From the IMG/VR virus record IMGVR_UViG_3300008259_004750, positions 53,073 through 73,072 of that record: 20,000 nt of DNA. One strand, 5' to 3'. The stretch is from an uncultured virus (IMG/VR IMGVR_UViG_3300008259_004750). Lineage: Duplodnaviria > Heunggongvirae > Uroviricota > Caudoviricetes. Positions within the stretch are counted from its first letter, which is position 1. Each line of letters starts with the position of its first letter. Shown piece after piece: positions 9,362-16,470 of this stretch. A model generated the notes under the pieces. The model worked only from the letters and a program-made list of their open reading frames with translations, had not been told where the DNA came from and searched no databases. A program made the translations under genes and the position numbers.

Positions 9362-10076
9362 TCTCTTTTATAATCTTATCAATTAACCTATCAAGAGATT
9401 CGTTTTGATTTTTTCTTGGTTTGTATGATGTCATTTTTGGTGAATTTCCTGTTCCTGATTTATTATGGGTTTTTTCCGCTCTCCTTTTTTGAGCACAAGC
9501 GGCCTTTTTCTGAGAATCCGACATTTTTGAGGCAACTCCTGCCGCTCTACATTTAGGGTATCCTTTATCAGAAGCTTCAGGTCTACCACATGGAGGGTGA
9601 CCACCACCTTCTTTTGTTCTACATATATTAACCCAAGGACCCTTAGGTTGACTACTACCCTTTGGTTTTTTCTTAGTTCCAAACCATACTGCTAAATCTT
9701 CTGAGATAGTACTCTCATTTATTTCAACCCACTCTTTAATTGGTACAAAATTTAATCCTTTACCAGGGGTTTGATTTATATTATTTCCATCATCATCACT
9801 AAATGTCATGTACGGATTTTTTTTCATTTTATTAGTAATTTTTCGTGCAACCTTTTCAATTTTTTTTATTTGGTCTAATCTTTCATTCATTTTACCATCA
9901 TAACTATCGTACTGTAATAACGGACTATCATATTCTGATACAGGTATATTAAATGGTTGTAATTGTGTTTTATCAAAAGGTCTTATGCCTGGTTGTAGTG
10001 CGGTAATATAAGAACCGGCACCACCTGAATCTGACGCAGCTTCCAATAAAACTTTTTTTATTATGTCACTTAACAT
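9354..10076 (-). CDS. Probable head-associated protein with WF...W/CGR/YPKC basic domain
   Basis: LSDIIKKVLLE|A leader; ISEDLAVWFG..PWVNIC..PPCGR..YPKCR motif. Confidence 0.65.
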   Translation of the reverse strand: MLSDIIKKVLLEAASDSGGAGSYITALQPGIRPFDKTQLQPFNIPVSEYDSPLLQYDSYDGKMNERLDQIKKIEKVARKITNKMKKNPYMTFSDDDGNNINQTPGKGLNFVPIKEWVEINESTISEDLAVWFGTKKKPKGSSQPKGPWVNICRTKEGGGHPPCGRPEASDKGYPKCRAAGVASKMSDSQKKAACAQKRRAEKTHNKSGTGNSPKMTSYKPRKNQNESLDRLIDKIIKEIK

Positions 10077-10098
10077 TTTAAAATAAAATTCTTATTAT

Positions 10099-10108
10099 TA
10101 TAAATATA
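10099..10108 (-). promoter_or_regulatory. Putative late promoter TATATTTATA
   Basis: 22 nt upstream of the start at 10076, in a divergent intergenic region. Confidence 0.6.
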
Positions 10109-10115
10109 TCATTTT

Positions 10116-10355
10116 ATGGAAAACCAAGAAGAAGAATTATACGGAAAAATATTTGATGAAATTCCTTTAATTAGTGAAGAACATTTAGAATTGATTTTGT
10201 CAAATATGTCTTATGATGAGTCAATTTATTTTTTAACTCAAGCATGTAAATCCGCTTACCACAGAGGAGCATTCTCTATAGGAGAAAGTGAAATAATCTC
10301 TAAAGCCATTAGAATTATATCTAAAACAAAAAATAAAACAACTACTGAGGATTAA
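10116..10355 (+). CDS. Small hypothetical protein
   Basis: 79-aa ORF filling the gap between two minus-strand genes. Confidence 0.6.
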   Translation: MENQEEELYGKIFDEIPLISEEHLELILSNMSYDESIYFLTQACKSAYHRGAFSIGESEIISKAIRIISKTKNKTTTED

Positions 10356-10756
10356 TCTCCTGAAGACGGGTCTTCTTTTCCTGTTGTGGATGTATTAGAC
10401 CCTGTCGATGTTACAGTACCTGTTCCTGTGGTATTAGTTCCTGTAGTTGATGTGTTAGTTTGAGTAGTTGCGGTATTACTTCCTGTAGTTTCTGTACTAG
10501 CGGTACTTGGTGCTGATGTAACTCCACCTGTTTTAATAGTATCTAAAGCCTTTACTATTGCTGCTGATGTTTTTGGTCCAAATCTGTTATCCGCGACTAA
10601 ACCCGCATTAAAAGGTGCTTGATTTAATTTGTTTTGAATATCTTGAATTGTATAATTGGTAGTTTGCTCAAACAAAAACGTGTTATACCCAACTTTAAGA
10701 TGCTTAGATAAAATTTGTCTTCTTTCTACTTCTGAAATTAATATTCTTTTTTTCAT
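10352..10756 (-). CDS. Propeptide plus peptidoglycan-binding-like domain plus Thr-rich tail
   Basis: ISEVERRQILSKH leader; IQDIQNKLN...LVADNRFGPKTSAAI matches the PG_binding_1 DGxFGPxT pattern. Confidence 0.65.
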   Translation of the reverse strand: MKKRILISEVERRQILSKHLKVGYNTFLFEQTTNYTIQDIQNKLNQAPFNAGLVADNRFGPKTSAAIVKALDTIKTGGVTSAPSTASTETTGSNTATTQTNTSTTGTNTTGTGTVTSTGSNTSTTGKEDPSSGD

Positions 10757-10775
10757 GTAAATATTTTTTAATTAA

Positions 10776-11849
10776 TTAATCACCGCTTGATGCACTGCTT
10801 GTTGTTGATTGTACTTCGTAAGGTGTTGGTGTCGGCGTTGGTGGTTTAACTCCATTTGTTAGTAAATCCATTATTTTGTTTATAGTTGTTTGGTCCATAG
10901 AACCTGTTGGTTTATAGGTTGAATCCAATTCAACTATTTTGTTTTGTACATTAGATATAGAACTACCTCCAGTTCCTTGTCTATTTCCCTTACTTCGTCT
11001 ATGTCGACTACCACTACTACCACCACTTCCACTACCACTTCCACTACCTGAACTATCAACCGCTCCCCAACCAGCTTCAGTAATCATTCTAACAAACTCT
11101 CTCTTCTTTGACTCCATTTGTGGTGTCAAATCGGTATTTGTTTTGTCCGTATATGCACCTGAAGTTTTTTCTAATTTACCCGCTTTACAAGCGTAATATC
11201 CAAAATCTTTCCAATTTTTATCATATAAACGACCATCACCTATAAAAAATATAAATTCATTATTATTTATATTTGCTCTTAAATAATCACCATACTGAGA
11301 ACAAACTGGTTTTGTGTCAAAAAACATATCAGGACTTGTACAAGGATATTTTTGCTGAACCTTATTCCAATCCCAACCCTTACATCCGCCAGCGGTTGCT
11401 CCTCCTAGAGATTTTGGTTGCACCGTTTCCGCCTGTTGAATTAAATTTTTTAACTGTTCTTTAGCCTTTACTCCATTAGGACTTAATCCTACATAAGTAA
11501 AGGATTCAATTTCATTGAACAGTGTATCCCCTTCATCGGCCCTATACTGTATTAACAAAGCTTGTAATGCGTTTATTAATTTTTTATCATTTAAATTTGT
11601 GTCGTCAAGATACCACTGATTAATTAATCTCGCAGCAATATCCCTAATTTTCACTAAGCCACTCTCAGTCACATAAAAATCTAACGTATCAACAAATGTT
11701 TGAACGTCTCCACTTAAATCATTATCTTTATATGGGTCTTGTTCAGTTCCGGCAGATTCATTTAATAAATATTGATTTTTAGTAGCGTTAGAATGCATCT
11801 CTAAAATCCTATTTTTTTCGCTATCGTCCAAATAATACAATTTTTTCAT
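10776..11849 (-). CDS. Propeptide-bearing protein with Gly/Ser linker and degenerate PG-binding-like C-terminal domain
   Basis: LDDSEKNRILEMH leader; ISNVQNKI...PTGSMDQTTINKI; PT repeat. Confidence 0.6.
   Translation of the reverse strand: MKKLYYLDDSEKNRILEMHSNATKNQYLLNESAGTEQDPYKDNDLSGDVQTFVDTLDFYVTESGLVKIRDIAARLINQWYLDDTNLNDKKLINALQALLIQYRADEGDTLFNEIESFTYVGLSPNGVKAKEQLKNLIQQAETVQPKSLGGATAGGCKGWDWNKVQQKYPCTSPDMFFDTKPVCSQYGDYLRANINNNEFIFFIGDGRLYDKNWKDFGYYACKAGKLEKTSGAYTDKTNTDLTPQMESKKREFVRMITEAGWGAVDSSGSGSGSGSGGSSGSRHRRSKGNRQGTGGSSISNVQNKIVELDSTYKPTGSMDQTTINKIMDLLTNGVKPPTPTPTPYEVQSTTSSASSGD
11008..11050. repeat. Low-complexity coding repeat (CCACTT/CCACTA), encoding a GS linker
   Basis: ccactactaccaccacttccactaccacttccactacc. 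Confidence 0.7.
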
Positions 11850-11865
11850 TTTGAAATGTTTTATA

Positions 11866-11875
11866 TATAAATATC
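11866..11875 (-). promoter_or_regulatory. Putative late promoter GATATTTATA
   Basis: Just past the terminator, 16 nt upstream of the start at 11849. Confidence 0.7.
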
Positions 11876-11883
11876 TAATAAAT

Positions 11884-11909
11884 AAAAAAAGGGAGTAAAC
11901 TCCCTTTTT
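11884..11909. terminator. Intrinsic terminator (potentially bidirectional) after the subtilase gene
   Basis: AAAAAAAGGGAG-TAAA-CTCCCTTTTT. Confidence 0.85.
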
Positions 11910-11927
11910 AAAATACTTTTTTTGTTT

Positions 11928-14252
11928 TTATTCTTTTGAAATTTTTCTTATTTCTACTGTTCCATCAGAGTAATGGATGTGGATTATATTAAGTCCTTTT
12001 TCAAGTATTGCTTCTTCCATAGTCTTATATCTTACAGGATTTTCATACAGTTTACTAAATTGTCTAACCTCAACATAATCAATATCTGATGTAACATCAT
12101 TGTTTGTTGCGGTTGTTAATCTACTAACCGTACAATCAACTTGATTATTATTTAAATTAGTATCACCTGTTCCTCCGTTTACAGTTAGAATTGTAACTCT
12201 CATTATGTTAGTACCTCCAGGTTGAATTGCACAACTTGTCGAACTAAAACAAACCTGAGACGAACTCCAAGAAGCACCAATAGGGTTTGTTGGGGTTCCT
12301 CCTCCAGGTAAAAATATATATTGCCCCGGTAATAATGGTCCTTGCCAAGAAGTTGATGTGGGCCAAGTCAGCACTGAACCACAAGGACTTAATGGATTTG
12401 TATACCCTGAACAATCAACCCAAGTTCTTCTCCAAGTAAATGATGTAATAGGAACTGAACCTGTGTTTGTAACTTTCCATTGGAAAGATACTGCGGCTTG
12501 AGATGATGGAACTGTTATACTCCCTGATAATGGAGAAGTTATAATTAAAGATAAATCCGCACCTGTAACTGCCGGTTGAGTAATTGTGAAACTTGATTGT
12601 TTTGTATTATCTGTGGATATGGTCTCAGATACTGAACCCATATAGTTTACCCTACTTATAATGTATCTTAACCCTGAGGTATTTCCAACATTATATGTTA
12701 AAGTTTCAACATCAGTTGCAACACCACCTCCAAGAGTACCACTAGTTGTACCAATAATAATATCATCAGCATCACCCCAAGTTGTGTTAGTTGATAATCT
12801 ATGTTGAGTCATCACATTAACCGCAGGGTATGAAGGATTTTGAGTTGCAATTGTTGCAGTGATTGTAATACTAGAGTTAGCAAGAACTGATGTTGGATTA
12901 ATAGTTAAAGTATTAATTACAAAATTATGTATTTGTGATGGTGGTGGTGGAGGTGGTACATCTCCTCCCGGATTTGGTGTTGAGTTGATTGCATCTCTCA
13001 AATTAATTCTACCATAACCAAGTTCATTACTTCTTGTAGAATATGGCCAAGTTGGATTATTTGTATAACTATACCCACCAACTTTTTCTGCGGTTTGAGA
13101 TAATATTTGTAACACTTGGTCATCAGTTAATTCCCAATTCTTATAAAAACAAAATGCCGCTGAAGCCGCAAATATCGGACAAGAGAATGATGTTCCACTT
13201 ATTGAGGTGTAATCACCCGAATTATATCCTGCAGTTCCTGGTCTATCGACAGTTCTAATTGAAACGCCAGGTGCGGATATATCACAAATTTGTCCAAAGT
13301 TAGAAAAACTTGCTTTAAAGTCACTTTGTGATGTTGCACCAATACCCCAAACACCACTATAATTTGCAGGATACTGAGCGGCAGTTCCTGAATATTGATT
13401 ACCAGACGATGCAACTACAACCATACCTTTACCGCCTCTCGCAGTTGTTCTTGCGGATTGAAAGGCGGCATCCAATGCTGATGAATAAGATGAACCTCCA
13501 TAAGACATTGCAATTGCAACACAGGTTGGATTAGCCATCGCAGCATTAACACCATTAATTTGGATAACATCAGAAGTAAAAAAACTACCTCCATCAAATA
13601 CTTGTGACATAATGTTAACTGGCATAACTTTTACTTTGTTATTACCAACACTACTAACACCGATACTATTATTTGTAACCGCCGCAATAGTACCTGAACA
13701 AGTTGTTCCGTGTTTGTCAAAAGAATTAACATAAGGAATATTAGTTGTACTGTTAACCGCATTAAATGGATTTGTTGTGTTTCCAGCTAAATCAGGAATA
13801 GTTAAATCAAGCCCTCCATCAAACATTGCAACACTTACTGTTGGATTGTTTGCCGGAACCAAGTCCCAAGCTTCGTCAGCATCAATATCCTTATCCGTAG
13901 ATTGTTTAAGATGCCAACATTGGTTAAACTCAACATCATTTGGAATATAATCCAATTTCATTTCTACTTTTTGGTCTTTGTAGACCTCTTTAATAAACGG
14001 AAGGTCTTTAGATGACCTAACGAATGAATCTTGAGTTAAGTTTTCAGGTAGTAATACAACATACCATCCAAGCTGCTCAAAATTAGCAACAATCTGAGCG
14101 TTACTTCTTTGAATAAACGCTTGGGTTTGGGATTCCATTCCTTTTTGTGGAACCACCATTACTTGTCTGTCAATATTTTTGGATAGGTCATACTGACTAT
14201 ATCCAAAAATAAATGAGAAACAAAACGAGAGTAATAAAACGATTTTTTTCAT
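11928..14252 (-). CDS. Secreted S8 subtilisin-like serine protease with CARDB-like domains and putative T9SS C-terminal sorting domain
   Basis: Signal peptide ..GYS|Q; catalytic motifs FDGG, HGT, SSGN and GTSFSCP; Ig-like ADL..WKVTNTG..DTNLNNN; tail KGLNIIHIHYSDGTVEIRKISKE. Confidence 0.9.
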   Translation of the reverse strand: MKKIVLLLSFCFSFIFGYSQYDLSKNIDRQVMVVPQKGMESQTQAFIQRSNAQIVANFEQLGWYVVLLPENLTQDSFVRSSKDLPFIKEVYKDQKVEMKLDYIPNDVEFNQCWHLKQSTDKDIDADEAWDLVPANNPTVSVAMFDGGLDLTIPDLAGNTTNPFNAVNSTTNIPYVNSFDKHGTTCSGTIAAVTNNSIGVSSVGNNKVKVMPVNIMSQVFDGGSFFTSDVIQINGVNAAMANPTCVAIAMSYGGSSYSSALDAAFQSARTTARGGKGMVVVASSGNQYSGTAAQYPANYSGVWGIGATSQSDFKASFSNFGQICDISAPGVSIRTVDRPGTAGYNSGDYTSISGTSFSCPIFAASAAFCFYKNWELTDDQVLQILSQTAEKVGGYSYTNNPTWPYSTRSNELGYGRINLRDAINSTPNPGGDVPPPPPPSQIHNFVINTLTINPTSVLANSSITITATIATQNPSYPAVNVMTQHRLSTNTTWGDADDIIIGTTSGTLGGGVATDVETLTYNVGNTSGLRYIISRVNYMGSVSETISTDNTKQSSFTITQPAVTGADLSLIITSPLSGSITVPSSQAAVSFQWKVTNTGSVPITSFTWRRTWVDCSGYTNPLSPCGSVLTWPTSTSWQGPLLPGQYIFLPGGGTPTNPIGASWSSSQVCFSSTSCAIQPGGTNIMRVTILTVNGGTGDTNLNNNQVDCTVSRLTTATNNDVTSDIDYVEVRQFSKLYENPVRYKTMEEAILEKGLNIIHIHYSDGTVEIRKISKE

Positions 14253-14273
14253 TTTAAAGGTTAATTAATTTAT

Positions 14274-14858
14274 TTATTTACTTCGTTTATACTTATTAAA
14301 ATCCGTATAAACGGGAGTTTCGTTTTTGAAATAATATATTTCTTCTTTATTTCCATATCTTATTGTTTTTATGAACGCATCAGGAACTGTAGCTCCTGAC
14401 GGAAGAATTAAAGATTTTTTAGAATACACCATTCTAATCTCAACAATAACCGATTGTTTTTTAGACAATTCTCTTTCATATTGTTCTAATAATCTCCACA
14501 CACCTCTATTTAATTTTTCGTGTTGTAAAACACAATTTAAGTATGTGAATGTTAATTTAAGAGTTTCTTTATTACAATTAAAGTCGGCGGCAGGAGCCAA
14601 ATGACCCTTATCGTATATGTTATTCTCGTAATCCCTGTTATCAGAAGTTAAAATAGAATCACAGGTATAAAAATCTAAACCTTTACGAGATATATTCCCA
14701 TCAGAACATTTTACGTGATATTCAATCCATTTTGGTTGTTGTAATTTTTCAGAATAAACTATATCAAAAATAGAGGTTCTTATATAAATTGAATCTCTTA
14801 TTTGTCCGAATGAAAAAATTGATAATAATAAAAAAATCTTAAAAAAAATAAACTTCAT
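14274..14858 (-). CDS. Secreted DNA/RNA non-specific endonuclease (NucA/Serratia family)
   Basis: YDKGHLAPAADF active-site motif; FTYLN..Q..LNRGVWRLLE; VPDAFIK; signal peptide ..SFG|Q. Confidence 0.9.
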   Translation of the reverse strand: MKFIFFKIFLLLSIFSFGQIRDSIYIRTSIFDIVYSEKLQQPKWIEYHVKCSDGNISRKGLDFYTCDSILTSDNRDYENNIYDKGHLAPAADFNCNKETLKLTFTYLNCVLQHEKLNRGVWRLLEQYERELSKKQSVIVEIRMVYSKKSLILPSGATVPDAFIKTIRYGNKEEIYYFKNETPVYTDFNKYKRSK

Positions 14859-14876
14859 TTATAACAAATAATTTAC

Positions 14877-14886
14877 TATAAATATC
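14877..14886 (-). promoter_or_regulatory. Putative late promoter GATATTTATA
   Basis: 18 nt upstream of the nuclease start. Confidence 0.7.
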
Positions 14887-14948
14887 TAAAATTGTTTTCG
14901 AGTTTTGTTTAACTTTATAAATTAGACAAACAACAAAATAGTATAGAC

Positions 14949-14977
14949 AAAAAAAAGGGGTTCATTATGAACCCCTT
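14949..14977 (-). terminator. Intrinsic terminator after the beta-barrel gene
   Basis: Inverted repeat AAGGGGTTCAT/ATGAACCCCTT with an A8 tract (U tract on the minus strand). Confidence 0.85.
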
Positions 14978-14998
14978 AATAATTAATTAATATAATGT

Positions 14999-15790
14999 TT
15001 AAAACATAATCTGTAAATTGGCGGTAATTGGTCTATTAGCAACAGTTGGGTTTGGTACAATTGCGGTTTTATACATAGGATTCACCATTATAGTTAAACG
15101 ACTTTGAGCGTCGGTAGTTTTAGAGAACTGCAATGTTCTTTTAATTACAACTCCTACATTTGTAAAACCAGCTTTAGATTGGAAGTTTAACTGTGATTCA
15201 CCTGTGACATACCCAACAAATAAATCGGCATTGTAATCTAAGTGATAAGTTGCCTCAATATACGCAGCTCCTCTTTTATACGCTTCATTTTGATAAAATA
15301 CAAAGCTACCCCATAAGTCAATTCTTGATTTAAGGTCTCCTTTATATTTTAACGCCAACTCAAAAAAGTGATTTGTTGTTGCTTTGTCAAAATGGAAAAA
15401 AGAAGTATCTGATTGGGTTGGGGTGTTTTGATTAAAATAAACATCCTGTATTCCTATTGATGTGTTATACACATTAAAAAACATTCCGTTTTTAACAGTA
15501 TTACCGTATCCATCTTTAAATTGATTGTATACAACACAAGCTTCTGAATTTAATGTAAACCAATCAACTGGTTGATAGTCGGCTTCCATTTTTATTACAG
15601 GTTGTTTACCAACGTCCATACCTCTCCATAAATTACTTGTCGCCATTCCGTATTCACTCGTAAATGGACTTTGTTTTTTCTTTGGTTTAAAGAATAACCC
15701 TTGTTCAGTTGTATCGGCAATTGAAGTTTGTCCAATCGCAAATATTGATACGAACATCATTAGGGTTAAAAATAAAATTTGTTTTTTCAT
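14999..15790 (-). CDS. Outer-membrane beta-barrel protein (TorF/Gcw_chp-like putative porin)
   Basis: Signal peptide ..AIG|Q; TSNLWRG motif; alternating amphipathic strands; GFTNVGV; terminal Phe. Confidence 0.7.
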   Translation of the reverse strand: MKKQILFLTLMMFVSIFAIGQTSIADTTEQGLFFKPKKKQSPFTSEYGMATSNLWRGMDVGKQPVIKMEADYQPVDWFTLNSEACVVYNQFKDGYGNTVKNGMFFNVYNTSIGIQDVYFNQNTPTQSDTSFFHFDKATTNHFFELALKYKGDLKSRIDLWGSFVFYQNEAYKRGAAYIEATYHLDYNADLFVGYVTGESQLNFQSKAGFTNVGVVIKRTLQFSKTTDAQSRLTIMVNPMYKTAIVPNPTVANRPITANLQIMF

Positions 15791-15821
15791 TTTTTGTTTT
15801 TTAAAATTTATTTATAGTATT

Positions 15822-15831
15822 CATAAATATA
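15822..15831 (-). promoter_or_regulatory. Putative late promoter TATATTTATG
   Basis: 31 nt upstream of the beta-barrel start. Confidence 0.55.
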
Positions 15832-15859
15832 TAAAATTTTACCAAATTTGTAAATTACA

Positions 15860-15891
15860 TTTGGAGATTACTAATTTTCGATATATATTTG
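15860..15891 (+). promoter_or_regulatory. Bacteroidota-type primary-sigma promoter with no downstream ORF
   Basis: TTTG 15860-15863, 20-nt spacer, TATATTTG 15884-15891. Confidence 0.65.
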
Positions 15892-15896
15892 TAAAA

Positions 15897-15980
15897 CATT
15901 TGAAAACAAGGTTAGAACGAAACAATCCTAATCTTTAGGTGGGTTGGAAGACGATTAAGATACAAGGCCCACCTTATTTA
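15897..15980 (+). ncRNA. Candidate two-hairpin small RNA
   Basis: Stems 15908-15915/15928-15935 and 15937-15945/15966-15974, with G-U pairs valid only on +. Promoter upstream and U-rich tail. Confidence 0.5.
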
Positions 15981-16391
15981 TCTCCATAAAACCAATTGAT
16001 TTCTACCAACTCTAAATGGGTTTTCTTCAGATTCTCTGAAAACTGTAGTTATAATAAGCTTCCAATATGTCCCATCAACATGAACAGGAGTAACAGGAAC
16101 CGCGAGCTCCCAATTTAATGATTTTAATATAAAAGATTCATCATCTTTTATTTCACCACTAACTATTTTTTCAGAAATCTCTCTAATAAATAAACTTACA
16201 AATTCTTTTAGTTCGGAATTTGATATTTCTCTTTGATTATACGAATCGCCCAATTCGGGTCTTGTTGCTCTATCAAAAGCATGTTTTTTCCTATCGACCT
16301 CAAAATTAAAAATTATTTTTAACTCAGAAGATATTTGAGCAATTCTTTTTTCTAATAATAAATGTTCTTTTATTATTTTTCTAAGTGTCAT
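15978..16391 (-). CDS. Propeptide-bearing protein with possible RelE/BECR-like RNase fold
   Basis: LRKIIKEHLLLE leader; HAFDRATR...ISNSEL...LIITTVFR pattern. Confidence 0.55.
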   Translation of the reverse strand: MTLRKIIKEHLLLEKRIAQISSELKIIFNFEVDRKKHAFDRATRPELGDSYNQREISNSELKEFVSLFIREISEKIVSGEIKDDESFILKSLNWELAVPVTPVHVDGTYWKLIITTVFRESEENPFRVGRNQLVLWR

Positions 16392-16395
16392 TTTA

Positions 16396-16405
16396 CATAA
16401 ATATC
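16396..16405 (-). promoter_or_regulatory. Putative late promoter GATATTTATG
   Basis: Between the MCP terminator and the start at 16391. Confidence 0.65.
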
Positions 16406-16421
16406 CCCAATTAATAAAAAT

Positions 16422-16450
16422 AAAAAAGGTCAGATTTCTCTGACCTTTTT
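16422..16450 (-). terminator. Intrinsic terminator of the scaffold-capsid operon
   Basis: AAAAAGGTCAGA-TTTC-TCTGACCTTTTT; GAAA loop on the minus strand. Confidence 0.9.
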
Positions 16451-16470
16451 ATTATTCTAAAGATAATTGA

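Noticed and set aside
10360..11050. Short tandem-like repeats in the 10352 and 10776 genes
   Set aside because: Explained by Thr-, Pro-Thr- and Gly-Ser-rich linkers; not a DNA-level array or DGR repeat
14904..14930. Imperfect inverted repeat TTTGTTTAA...TTAGACAAA upstream of the nuclease gene
   Set aside because: Short and AT-rich; plausible by chance at this base composition
11928..15790. Host-DNA chimera as the explanation for the three cellular-type genes
   Set aside because: Similar composition to the flanks, and both units carry the phage's recurrent upstream motif and terminators; read mapping would confirm
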